A program made the translations under genes and the position numbers. DNA of 53,983 nucleotides. Source: Salisapilia sapeloensis CBS 127946 (Eukaryota; Protista; Oomycota). The DNA lies in the NCBI GenBank assembly GCA_023334545.1, contig JAADVB010000118.1, forward strand, positions 1-53,983, in the 5' to 3' direction. How positions within the stretch are numbered: the first letter of the stretch is position 1; each line of letters starts with the position of its first letter. This document shows positions 22,038 through 33,849 of this stretch, piece by piece. Under the pieces are notes generated by a model. That model saw only the letters and a list, made by a program, of their open reading frames with translations. It searched no databases and had not been told where the DNA came from.

Positions 22038-23904
22038 CTACTTGCTCACTCGATTCGTTGTCTGGATTTCCATCTTGTTAGTCTTGGAGAAGAGAGCGAT
22101 GATGTCGATTCGCCGTTTGGCATCAGCTAGTAAGTGCCGCACACGATCTCGTTCATCCATCGACAGAGCGACTTGCTTGGAGAAAATGACTGCTGTTGGG
22201 AGTGATAAGACGTTGAACCTCTCTACATCCGAACAGGACTCCGCTAGCATCCGCACCACCATCGTCGCTTCTTCAGTTGCATCTAAGGGAGAGACGTAGT
22301 GCTGCGCGACTTGCTCTCCAAGTATCTTGACGACATCTTGCAATGCTGATGGAAAGACAAAGCCAGTGATCTCGCACCTATTCATGCCAACTAAGACATA
22401 CACATAGTCTATAGCAATCATCTTTCCTACCGAAAGTGTTCTTCCTCATCGCTTGAAGCCATTCTACCTATGGACAGCACGTCCAGTTGTTGTAAGCTTG
22501 CATTCATGAACGGATGTCGAGTGAAGATCTGCGGCACGTCGTGGTTGGATGGAGCTACAGGCGACTTCATTCAGTACAGAGACGATGAACTAGCTAGAGG
22601 ACGACATACGCTTTCGATTTAATAAGAACTCGTAGAGGCCGTGGACGGCAGCATGGCCTCGAAAGTAGAGTAGGGAGTTGGGACCGTGGACTTGAGGCTG
22701 ATGGGAGGAAGACGTCGTCGTCCCGAGCTCCACCAGCTCTTTCTCGAGTGTCTGCAAGTCGTTCATGGCGTTTCGATGGCTAAAGCTTGCGTCGAAAGGA
22801 ACAGTGAACGGCACGTTTAGCTGCTGTAATGCCTTGCGGACGTGTGCATTCGACTGAGACATCACGGCACATGTCTGGAAAGCATCGTCTTGCGTAGTGT
22901 CCTCCTTTATGTCTCCTGTCGTGCTGTCATCATGGAGACGAACGATGGACTGTCGAGATGCATGTACTGGGTTCTGATAGAAGCAAATAGTGTACTCGTT
23001 GGAACGAATGTAAAACATAGATCCACAAGTCAACTTTCGAAAGCACATATAAGCATCGTGGAAGGACTCTTGCCAGGTCTGGAATCGCTGTGATAGGTAC
23101 GCTTGTGTCTCTTTACTCTGCCCTTTCGACCGCTCCCGATGTGAAGACGTGTTCGATAGGACAGATGGAGGAAGTGGGGAGCTTGGATGCATGTAGTAAT
23201 GTAGTGCTCGCTGCCATCGAACGTCGGGAGGAAGTATCTGAGAAGAGATGAGTACGTTGATATGCTTAAGTACTGAAATACGTACAGCGTTGTCAGCAGT
23301 GGAAGCGAAGGACGCCAAGGCTCGCTTCCGGCTTTGTACTCTACATTCAAAAGCTACAGATACGCACACCTCGTGATAGGAATGATGGAATGTACGTTGG
23401 ACGGGAGAATGGTAGTTGAAAAGAGGACACAATCACGAGTCTCTTCTTGGGCGTCAAGTCCAATGGTACATCCTCCACCTAGCATCACAATTATATGAGT
23501 CACCTGCAATCACACAAGATATCAAAATACACTACTTGGAAGGTAGATGGCATGTCCCGAGTTCGCTGATGGTTCGTCTTCTGTCGCTTCTTCCCAATCG
23601 CCGAGCGATTATAAAAAGACGACAGCTTGGAGAATGCTGTGGTTGCATCTCCGTCAGTCCTCTTTGCCACTTTCTCATTGTTTTTCAGCACTTCAGGCTC
23701 TTGTTCTCGCTCGACAGTAGCTAGTTCTTTGGTTCCATCCACTTCCGCCACTGCCCCCGCCTGCTGCTCTTTTGCTGCTCGTCGTTGTTTCTACTACCAC
23801 AACACTTGAGTCCACGTCCTACAACCAAGTCATTGCATGCTTACCTTGAGCTCTGAAGGTCGCAAGCGTCGAGACTTGCCCGATGCAGCACTCGTCTCCG
23901 TCAT
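22038..23904 (-). CDS. DONSON: DONSON (downstream neighbour of SON) replisome factor, 7 exons
   Basis: Spliced product contains PLDLTPKKRLVIVSS..PF, WQRALHYYMHP, WQESF..AY..FR..FY, LQQLNVPFTVP, SLLYFRG..VHGLYEFLLN, DVPQIF..PFMNASL, EITGFVFP. These match DONSON blocks as I recall them. Confidence 0.85.
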
Positions 23905-24299
23905 GGTTCTAATTAAAGAGACTGTGAGCCACAAATATTGTATCCATTTCATGACTGATGGATCCAAGTGAAGCAGCAGCAGGCTTTACGTCGCCTACGT
24001 CGGCTACAGCAGTCTTCTACCAGTACACATGTAGGATAGAGTTATTGCTTCTAGAGCAGTATGGTGCATGTACAATTTACAGCTATCGTTAAAGGTATCT
24101 AGAAAGCGAGCTAAAGTCGAATGAAACGAATGAGCGTTGGTATTAGCACGTCTAAAGCACTACTACACGACGTTAATGGAGTGTAAACTAGCTCATGGTA
24201 GTACACGGAGTAGTCAATAGTATCTTGTCCTTTGCCAATATCTATCAGTATCCAATCGTCACTCTTCTTCCCATTAACTTCAACGTATTCGATTGCAAG

Positions 24300-25232
24300 A
24301 TGACCAAGTCGCATGGGCATGCCAAGTCCAAAGCGCGTAAGACGGCACGGAAGGAAAAAGACAAGAAGCCGACAGATCGAGCTGCAAAGAAGAAGCACAT
24401 ACAAGAGCTAGCTCAAGCAGGGAAATGGAAGCAGGTCGGTCAAGGCTCTTTCTATCTCCATGTCATGCACTGCAATGATGAGCATCCACCATGCTTGTAG
24501 ATCAAGAGTATCTACGGCGACAAGATGGTCCAGAAAGCTAAAGACTGTACGATCTTCTCCAATACACACCTCTTTCTTTATCTACCTTTACTCGTACAGA
24601 CGTAAGCAAGCTCCGAGAGATGCATTCGCCTCAAACGCTCGCCCGGCAGATTCTCCAGCAGAACGGCTACGGCGATTCTCCATCAGCACAGAACGAATCC
24701 ACCCAAGTAAAACAAGAGGCTAGTCCAGAGCCGTTAACATCGCAGCAACGAAGACAGATCGAGGCGAAGCGAGCAGAGGCAGTAGCCAAGCAAAAGCATA
24801 AGCAAGAGCAGGCACAGATCGAACGCAAGCGACTGGAAGCCTTGGAAAAGCGACGAAGACTACAGGAAGAGCGACGTCAACAAGGTGCCACCTACTTATC
24901 CTACACTAGATACCTACTTTCTACATCTTCCTACAGCACATGCCAAAGCAGCTCAGCTACAAGCAGAGCTCGAGGCTTCAGCGCAAGTCCTGCAGTGGGA
25001 AGAGACCCACATGCATCCGCCTCGAGCTGTCACGCCTGACACGACAGGTCCCAAGCCGAAACGCCAGCGTCCATCTCCCAGCCACATCCACGAAACAACG
25101 CGTAAGCTCCGCCCACTTGCGTGCAAATGCATTTACTTGCAAGACATCCAACCTAACCTATCCTACGTAGCTCCATCTCCATCCACGCCCTTCATGTACG
25201 CTTCTCTCTCATGTCTCGACCACGTCTATTAA
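24300..25232 (+). CDS. Orphan basic/coiled-coil protein with two RPA32C-binding-like helices (4-5 exons)
   Basis: GT-AG model joins ORF pieces 24300-24435, ~24500-24545, ~24600-24885 and ~24938-25232 in frame. Motifs LTSQQRRQIEAKRAEAVAKQK and QAQIERKRLEALEKRRR. Confidence 0.68.
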
Positions 25233-25367
25233 CTCGTTCGTCAGTGAGCAGCATGCACGTCATGTCGAGACATCTTTGCACCCGTCCGTCTTAGACTTGG
25301 TGTCACTCGTGCTCTCGTAATCCGTCCATCCTACGAATCCAATCGCTCCATTCTTTCCTACTCTTCT

Positions 25368-27980
25368 CTATTCATACTTTCGACAGACAGGATCTGCATA
25401 CACGAGGTGTGTCTCCCATAGCACCAAGTCCTCTTCATCGACAGAATACGGCAACGCGACACCGACGCTATTAAAGTTCTTCGCGCCATCGTACTCGGCA
25501 TTCACGTACTTGTCTTTCTCGAGCAGCAATTCATGCCAGAGCGAACGCGTCGGACTCGCCTTCTCACTCTGCGTCCGCTCTCGCTCGCAATTGTACAAGA
25601 AGGAACCGAAGCGACCGGAGAAAACGTGTTCGTACAAGGCCGCCAAGAGCACTTCACTGAACTCAAACGCCCATGGCTGCTGCCTCCACACTTGCCACAC
25701 GGCATCGAGCCACTGAATGAAGACTGGAGACTGCTCCTCGAGCTCCTGCTGCCCAGGCCGCTCACCTTGTGCGTACCGGAAGCGGAAGAGATGACCGAAG
25801 GAACACCACTCCTTCTCGATCAGCAAGAGTAGACCTTCGATAGTACGATAGTGCGGGTCGAGCAAGAGCTGCACGAGTGTCGTCAGCTGCGGCGTGCGGT
25901 CCCACCCGTCCGAGCAATGCACGAGCACGGGCTCGCCATTGCCAAGCCATCGACAGACATCGTCTGCCGCCGTCAATATCCTTCCGACGTGCAAAAACCA
26001 GAGCGTCTGGCGCAACTGCGTCCCCCAGAGCTCTCCAAACCGCACTTGTCCAGGTTGACACACGAGCGACAGTGCTGTATAGGCATTCCGGACGGCGTGG
26101 ATGTTTGCAATCTCTCCAAAATGGAGTTCCGTATGATCATAGTTCCGAACGTCTTCCGTCCCTTTGCCTTGCGCAGCATTCGCCGTCGCAGCCATCTGAC
26201 TACGCGCGTCAAAGAAATGTAGACGCGCGTCTTGCTGGAGTAAACGAATGAGCTTCTGATCTGCCTCTGCGACGAAGCCACTGAGCCCAGCACACGGCTG
26301 TGCGCATCGAGCTAAGAGTGCTTTTGACTGCGGATGTCGCCACACGACTGCAGGGATACGTCGCGAACTGCGATACTCACTCACTTGATACAGCTCTTCG
26401 TCTGACAAGCCAGACGGGACGACAAAGGTAGATGGGTACGTAGGAAAGAGGTTATAGTCCGCATTATCCACGAGACGCAGGAAATGCGAATCATCCAAGA
26501 CACCCGTACGCTTATAATCTTCCTCCGGATGGAAGAAAGGGTACGTCGGTGTCTCTAATGCGTCGTCGATATTCGTTTTCAATAAAAGAGACTGGTAGTG
26601 CAGATGGGCAAAGAGGTACTTTGGGCCGGCGTATAATTCCCAGACATATTGGAGAAACGAGTAGCACGTGACTTCATCTCGAAATGCAATCGAGACACGA
26701 AGTAGCGTCTTGCATTCGATCGTCGCGACGTGAGGTGCAATGGTCGAGCTGTCGATCGATAGAATCGAAGCAATTGGCACTTCAATCGCATCCTGTGCAC
26801 TTGACGACACCCATATCACGCGATAGTTACTCAATACCAACCTACCGTCAATACTAAAGTGCGGCGCAGCACCCAAGACCATCTCTCCCACGAGATTCGT
26901 CACTTGTCCGACGCCTCGGAACGCGCCGCGAACGGTATGTGTACCAAGACCGAGCATGCCCATGCCAAAGCCTTTCGCGAGACCCAAGACGCCTCCACTC
27001 GCGCCTTCATACGTCTGATTCACGAGTCCCGCGGCACCTTTTAAAAACGCATTCCCGACGCTTGTGGACGCTCGGAAGAGTCCTCGACCAAGTGATCGAG
27101 TCGGGTGCGTCGAATCTCGTGTGAAGCAGTTGGCTGTCTGCACCTTGTGTCCTGCAGCACCCAAGGACGTGTAGGAACGAGGTGGTTTGCCTAGTACATC
27201 CTCCTCCTCCTGACTCGACTCGTACATATCATCCGAAGTAGTTAGAGGCACAGACTCCATGTCGTCCTTGTAAAAGATAATGTAGGAAGCATCGTCGGCA
27301 CGCAGGAGGATCGATTCGCCCGAGAGAGGGTAGATATCTCCCACCAAAGGCTGCGATTCATCCGTACTCCCGACTACACGCAGCTTCGGAGCGAAGCCTA
27401 GACTCATACTCCTACCAGTCTTGCTACTACATCTATTCAATTCGCTACGAATGTCGCCGTTGGACGACCGACGAGCGTCGCTGTAGTCGTTGTGGGGAGA
27501 CACGAGCGCGTACTGTTGTAGTTGGAAAGGATCTTCTTCATAGATAGGATAGAACGTTGCGTTCGGCGTCGTCGATGCCTTGGGTGTCTCGAACGAGCCA
27601 GTTAAGGCGCCTTGCGACTCGGACAGACTAAAATCTTCAAAGTCGCCCAAGTCGGAGAAACTACTCGACGCCTTCCGGACTTGGTGGTAGGACGAGGCCG
27701 TGCTCGGAGGCGCTGCGTCCATGGGAGAGATGGTCGCTGCGTCTAGATCAAAGTCTAGGCCGAGCGTGAGACTCGACGCGCTGTCTGCATGCGCCCGAGC
27801 GGCTTCGATCGGACAGAGTTCTCCGACGGAACCGTTGCTACTAGAAGACGTCGGCGACATGATATCGTCCTGCTTGCGCTCCGACGTCGAGCTCTGTTCA
27901 TTCTCCTGTTCCTTCTCCTCTTCATCCGTGAGGAAGATGCCTGCTTCCAACGACGGCAGTTCGTCCGAGTACGCTGCCAT
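25368..27980 (-). CDS. Myotubularin-family phosphoinositide 3-phosphatase with GRAM/PH-like domain
   Basis: Intact catalytic loop LVHCSDGWDRT, plus TYPS, RSSRRIP, RCAQP, KEWCSFGH.F, SPVFIQWLD, QQPWAFEF, SGRFGSFL. Most plausible start is MAAYSD at 27980. Intronless. Confidence 0.95.
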   Translation of the reverse strand: MAAYSDELPSLEAGIFLTDEEEKEQENEQSSTSERKQDDIMSPTSSSSNGSVGELCPIEAARAHADSASSLTLGLDFDLDAATISPMDAAPPSTASSYHQVRKASSSFSDLGDFEDFSLSESQGALTGSFETPKASTTPNATFYPIYEEDPFQLQQYALVSPHNDYSDARRSSNGDIRSELNRCSSKTGRSMSLGFAPKLRVVGSTDESQPLVGDIYPLSGESILLRADDASYIIFYKDDMESVPLTTSDDMYESSQEEEDVLGKPPRSYTSLGAAGHKVQTANCFTRDSTHPTRSLGRGLFRASTSVGNAFLKGAAGLVNQTYEGASGGVLGLAKGFGMGMLGLGTHTVRGAFRGVGQVTNLVGEMVLGAAPHFSIDGRLVLSNYRVIWVSSSAQDAIEVPIASILSIDSSTIAPHVATIECKTLLRVSIAFRDEVTCYSFLQYVWELYAGPKYLFAHLHYQSLLLKTNIDDALETPTYPFFHPEEDYKRTGVLDDSHFLRLVDNADYNLFPTYPSTFVVPSGLSDEELYQVSEYRSSRRIPAVVWRHPQSKALLARCAQPCAGLSGFVAEADQKLIRLLQQDARLHFFDARSQMAATANAAQGKGTEDVRNYDHTELHFGEIANIHAVRNAYTALSLVCQPGQVRFGELWGTQLRQTLWFLHVGRILTAADDVCRWLGNGEPVLVHCSDGWDRTPQLTTLVQLLLDPHYRTIEGLLLLIEKEWCSFGHLFRFRYAQGERPGQQELEEQSPVFIQWLDAVWQVWRQQPWAFEFSEVLLAALYEHVFSGRFGSFLYNCERERTQSEKASPTRSLWHELLLEKDKYVNAEYDGAKNFNSVGVALPYSVDEEDLVLWETHLVYADPVCRKYE

Positions 27981-28273
27981 CCTACGCGTGATTCTGTCGA
28001 TACGGAAGTGTCTTTCAGATCGTCTGATTGTCAATTTCTTTTTCCGAAGATGTAACAAGTGCCGAGTGCACTCGTGAGGAAGAGACTAGTAGATCAAGTG
28101 ATAAAATCAAGCCCCGTGCGTCGGTTCTCCACTTGGCAGCCTTGGTACTCCTTTTTTTAGCTCCGTTCGATTCGAAATTTCCACCACATACAAAAACCAA
28201 GTATACACGAAACTTCAAGAGAAAGGAACAGATCAGGCTGAAGCCATGGGAGGACAAATGTAGCTACTTTCGA

Positions 28274-31200
28274 TTACTGAACGAGATCCTGTGTACTCTT
28301 GCCACGCATTTGCATCGCATCGACTTTACGAGAAATTGTCGATCGCTCACTGAATGCTGTCATTGGCAGGGCTTGGTCCGGATAATTAAAGGCAAATCCG
28401 AAATCTGGATCGGAAAGTTAGATCGATCAAGTGATCGAGACGAAATGATACGTACATGGTTTTGACTTGATCGGACTGGCAGGTGCTGATGACATCCCAC
28501 GAGTCTCACTTCGATGGCTCACAGGGTCGATGGCAACGGCATTCGACTTGATGCCCCGAATGCCTCGCTCGCGAAGGATGTCCACGGGCTTTGGAAAGTA
28601 GTTCGTCGACACACTAGGAACATCATTCAGACACTCGGAAACGAATAAGATAGTAATCGACACACTATTTCACCACGACGTCATAGATGTTCGCAGCCGA
28701 TGGCACAAGCAGAAGAGACAGCCAGAAGTAGGGACTAGGTAGTAGAAGCAATGAATCAATGGAATCGGACAGTAGGCCTTGCTTCGTACCTTTGTAGTAG
28801 TAGCAGAGACACTTCTCCAAGTTCATCACCTAGTGTAGGTACGAACGGGAAGATGAGCGTAAAGATGAAGAAGAGCAAGATACTAAATGTCATTGTCGCC
28901 GTGTGAACGGATGTCCAGAGCCCAGTCTCGAGCATGACCTTGAGATTCGCCGTGAAGAGCAAGGCGGAATACAATAGCGAAGTCTGTAGGTAGAAAGCTT
29001 CGCTGAACGCAGTCAGTTCTTCCGTCGCAGACATGACCATCACGTTGCACACGATCGCATGTACCGCAGCATTCCACATCCAGATAATGAACTTGCGCAG
29101 ATTGAACTCCTTGTTTCGCTGGCCGATCGTGTAGAGTTTCGGATACTGAACGACTTGATCCGGCGCAACGTCCTGGTCAAAGACACCGACTGCGATGATC
29201 GGTAGTGCCAGAAAAAAATTCCATCCTGCCATGATAAAGCTCTCAAATAGACTCGTGCCGGACTGGCCGTTGAAAAAGTTAAAGTAGAATAAAGATGTTA
29301 CGAGCATTGCATTCTTGTAGAACGAGTACAAGATCACTTTCGATATCCGTTTGTAGTTCGATCGACCGTGGACGAGTAGCAATCGACCCAAGAAACGGAA
29401 TTGAGCGATTGCATAGTCACTCGCGTTCACAGCTTGTACGCCTTCCTGACCAGAGATACCGATGCCGACGTGGGCAGACTGGATCATATTCACGTCATTC
29501 GCTCCGTCTCCAATAGCTAGCGTGATAGCTGTACGAGGTGAGTTGTACCGCACAAGCTGAACGAGATCTGCTTTCTGTGCCGGAGATACTCGACACGCGA
29601 TGAATGCCCGGCAGACACTGCCAATGCACAAGAGCTGGGCAGACAACTTCTTTGCGAGCCCTTCTGTCTCACACGTCATCTTGGCTTTTGGAGGGAAAAT
29701 GTGGACGAGAGATTTGCCGTCACATACGAGAGCGAGACGCGTGGACACGGACCTTTCGAGCATGTGTCGCTGGACGTCCTCTCGAGAGTAGATCTTGTGG
29801 ATCTGGTCAGCAAGTTTACCTACGTCTTCCTGGTTGATCACTAGTATCGTCATTTGGTCGTCGATCAGTCGACACGCATGACCAATGTTAATCGCAGTTT
29901 CTTCCTTGTCGCCAGTGAGCATCCATATGCGAATACCTGCCCGCGAGAGATCCGAAATGGTCCTTGGTACACCTTCCTGTAACTTATCTTCGATGGCAGT
30001 CGCACCAGCAACCGTCATATCCGTCTCGATCATCTCTGCGATGGCCGCTAAATACCGATCGCGGTTATCCAAAGCTGTCAACGCTTCTTGATATAGCTTA
30101 TTCCATGTCAAATACTCACTCTCACCAATCCAACGGTAAGCTAGCACAAGCGTCCGCAGCCCTTCGCGAGCAAATTGATTCAACGAGGCATTCAAGTTCT
30201 TGTTCTGATCACTATCTTTGCAGCGTTGCAGCATTACATTGTCTGCTCCTTTGCAAAAGAGCCAATACTGGTTGTCTTGACTCTGAACGACGACGGACAT
30301 GCGCTTCCGGGTCGAGTTAAACTCGTTCACATTTAAAACCATATAGCTCCGCACGTCGGATGCCCCACTCTTCTTCTTGACTTCAACAGCTACTGAAGGA
30401 GCCGGTGTCATATATTCGTATCCTAGACACTTGGCAGCTTTCACAAGGGCTTCTTCGTCCGGAGACGAAGCTCGATACTCGATCGTACCGTCCTTGGCAC
30501 TAGTTTCCGGTATCACTGTGTGGCATACGGACAGTATCGTCAGGAACATGTCGATAGCGAGTGCTTGGTCACTCATCGGGTCCTTATCCAAAATATCGAT
30601 CAGTCGAGGATCGTCAAAGTGGATCGTCGGATCGAAGTTTATCTGCGCCTCAACTGGGTGATATTTCTTTTCGTCATCAGCATCATCTTCGTCGCCTTCT
30701 TCCTCTCTTTTTGGATGCCTCAGCTGCGCCACTGCACGTCCAATTTCAGTCGTACCAAAGCCATAGGAAACACCACCAATAAAGCATTTGCGAAATTCCA
30801 TTTGATTCCGAGTAAGCGTTCCGGTCTTGTCTGTGAAAATGTACGCGACTTGTCCGAGCTCTTCATTGAGGTCCGATGTACGAACTATCGCGTTCTTATC
30901 TTCATACATCATCTCATCGTCTGTAGCAATGAACTTGGCTTGGATCACACGGACAATGTCCAGTGACACGTACAACGAGATCGGCACAAGGTTGTTGTAC
31001 AGAATGAGAAAAGTAAAGAAAGAGACGATATCTTGCACTGCATCTTCGTCCGACATGATCGAGCCGAGGTACCAAACGCCATGTAAGTGGCTCGACTTCC
31101 AGCCGACGTAGAGGGCGGTGCTTATAAAGCACAAAATAGTTTGGATTGAGAAGACGACGAGTACGCAGCTATTCGCCATCTTTGCGACGTTGCTCTGCTT

Positions 31201-32098
31201 GGAAGGTGTACTCCGAGCATTTTGCATCAACTTGGTTTCGACGCCAGTAAAGACGACGAGACCGTAGATGTACGAGCAAGCACGCAGACTGCAACCTCGC
31301 AGAATGATATTCGAAGGTCCTACGGGAGCAGAAGTTTGCTCATTATCGCCACTTTCCTGCAAGTCAAGTCGGCCGGTAAACGTGTACAGTCGATTGTTCG
31401 GCTGCTCGTACTTGATCACACCTCGAATCTGGGCTACTGCTCGAGCATGCGCTTCCTCGTCACGAGGTGGATCACTAAGTGGACGGTGGCCGATTCGTGA
31501 CGAAACTTGTTCGATAGCACACCTGCGCTTCAAGTTTGTTTCGCCATCAAGGTTACACGTTTCCACGAAGCACTTGCCTTCCTCCTCTGAGCTCGAGAGG
31601 ATTGCAATGTCCGCTGGAGCTTCATCTCGATCGGCCATGCGAAGGATGTCTCCAACCTGCAGCTCTCGCCACTTTTTACAAATCAATTCACCTCGACTAC
31701 TTAGCACGTAGCATTTGCGTCCATTCTGGATCCGATCGTCTTCGTGTCGCCTCTTGTCTTCCATTCCTTGCTTAATCATCGAGACAAAGAGGACGATGGC
31801 GAGTGGACCAGCAGTTGTGTACTTGTTCGTTGGTGACCATGGCGTTCCGATCTGCAGGACGGAGATGAAGAAGAAGTAGACATTAGCGACTACTCGAAAG
31901 AATTCGAAGAGTATTTTAGGCAAGAAGCTAGTGCGGTCAAGTTAGATAGAGCAGCAGACAGTCGTAAGGAGAATAATACGTGATCGGAGAGTACTTGGCC
32001 GTGGAAATGTCGTTCGTGCTGTACTTGTGCCGCTTCCGAATAGACTCATTCTCTACTTCATCGTTTATGTAGACGACGCGAGCATTGTCTTCCGCCAT
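28274..32098 (-). CDS. P4-type ATPase (phospholipid flippase), 5 exons
   Basis: ETCNLDGETNLK, VPISLYVS, DKTGTLT phosphorylation site, KGAD, TAIEDKLQEGVP, LTGDK.ETA, GDGANDV. Exon 1 starts at 32098. Three 3' introns lead to a tail with GFAF and stop at 28274. Confidence 0.97.
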
Positions 32099-32291
32099 TT
32101 TCCCATCTTTCTCCATTAGAACTGATCTAAGCGTACGCGAAACACCACGTCCCAACGCAATCGAAATGGCTCTACTGTAGTTATTTAAAGCAAGGACTCG
32201 AGTAACAGCTAGCACGGATGAAACGGTTGGCTTTTCATTTAGAAACCACGAAAAAAATCTCTCTAGCTCCCGACTACGATCTACCACGGAG

Positions 32292-32825
32292 CTACAAATC
32301 CTTCTTGGACGCACCAGCAGAAACGTCGTTGATCTCACTAGCGTTTTGCTCGGCAACGCTAATGGAACGCATCATAAATCGGTCTGCGATCCAACAAATG
32401 ACAAAGTAGATGGCACCGAATGGCAGTTGATCAGCTAAAAGGTCTCCGTTATGGCGAGGGAAGCCCATAACGCGAGAGTACAACGAATTCAGTATCCACG
32501 CGGACTGGAGCAATGCGAGTACGAACGATACTTTGAACATGAGCAACGGCTTGAAACTGCGTTGGACGAATAGAGCAGTGCAGGCGGCAATAAGCGCCGA
32601 AAGGACTTCGAAAATTGCTTCAAACTGTAGTCCAAACGCACTATGATGCATACGGTACAGCATGACGGCGCTCACGAGGCTCACAAAGAATGCCATTTTG
32701 CCCAAGAACGACTTCCACATGTTGTTAAAGTAGATGGTCTTGACATAATGGCGTTGCACCTCTTGCTGCAAGCCTTGCTGCTCGACAATAACCTGGTCTC
32801 CTCCCCCTGCGTGCTTTCGTGCCAT
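32292..32825 (-). CDS. Small multi-pass membrane protein of unknown function
   Basis: ATG (MARKHAGG) at 32825 to TAG, with about four hydrophobic helices. Confidence 0.72.
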   Translation of the reverse strand: MARKHAGGGDQVIVEQQGLQQEVQRHYVKTIYFNNMWKSFLGKMAFFVSLVSAVMLYRMHHSAFGLQFEAIFEVLSALIAACTALFVQRSFKPLLMFKVSFVLALLQSAWILNSLYSRVMGFPRHNGDLLADQLPFGAIYFVICWIADRFMMRSISVAEQNASEINDVSAGASKKDL

Positions 32826-33405
32826 CCTTTTGATACGTCTACGACCGCCACTTGACTCGAACAAAGTATGCGTTGCGTCTACTGATTATAATCAGCTTAA
32901 TTTTGTCTTTGTATTCATGTATCCACCTATCTTTCATTTCGTCCAAAGTAGGCATAATACGACAATCTTTTTACATACGCTCCTTTGCCAATGCATACAT
33001 ACAGCCAACACAGTTCAACAGACAATTAGGTTGGCTACTACTTAATAGTGACATTTAAGCCGTTTTTGTTGAGCGGATAATCGGGTATTAAGTTAGTTAG
33101 GTACAATAGGCATAATGTGAGCAAAGATGTACAAACTGTAGTAAGAGTCAATGCTTCAGTCTGTGGCGGTTCGCCCTATTTTACGCCACTATTTACCTTT
33201 CTAGGCCTAACACGTACATCGTCCGTTCCTATGTCATGCTTTGGCAAGGCCTAGTGTTGAGCGTATCGTGGTGGGTCGGAAGTCCTTCAGGTTGAAGTTG
33301 CATTCGCTTTACTTGCGCTATTGAGCTCTTCGCCATTTTAGTGGGACATAATATATTGCGAGTCACAAATGTCACCCAATTATTTCGTCCACCACTGTAC
33401 TGCGC

Positions 33406-33849
33406 ATGTTCCGAAATAATAGAGAAGAGCTAAATAGCGCAAGCGAAGAGCTCACTGAGTCTTTCGCACGCTTTTTCAAATGTGCACATTTCGAGTACCA
33501 GGCATGCCTCAGAGTCTTCTCGAAGATCCTTTATTCCTGATTGCATCAAAGACGAAGACAGAGATAGACTAAGAATAGGAATTCGCATCTCCATCGGTAG
33601 TACAGAACACTCGCTTATGCATCCGATATAGTGGGAGAAATGTTTATTGAAGTGCTACGTCAGGTTTCCATAACATGTAGTTACTCCGGAGTGGCAATTC
33701 TCAACGAACACAGAGGTGACTCGGTTCGAGTATCAAGAATAAAGTTGCAAAAGGCGAATCCTAATCATGTCGAATCAGTATTCAGTGCGAACACAGCGTT
33801 TCTTGTCCAAGCAGTGAATAATTGTATAGCTAAAGTACGATCCGTCTGA
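33406..33849 (+). pseudogene. Possible small spliced gene or gene relic
   Basis: Coding-like piece MFRNNREELNSASEELTESFARFFKCAHFEYQ and an open stretch at 33601-33849 after an AG. I could not join them with a canonical GT donor. Confidence 0.2.

Noticed and set aside
27981-28058. Upstream extension of the myotubularin ORF (MLHLRKKK...)
   Set aside because: It begins at a non-ATG codon. MAAYSD at 27980 is the first ATG in that frame.
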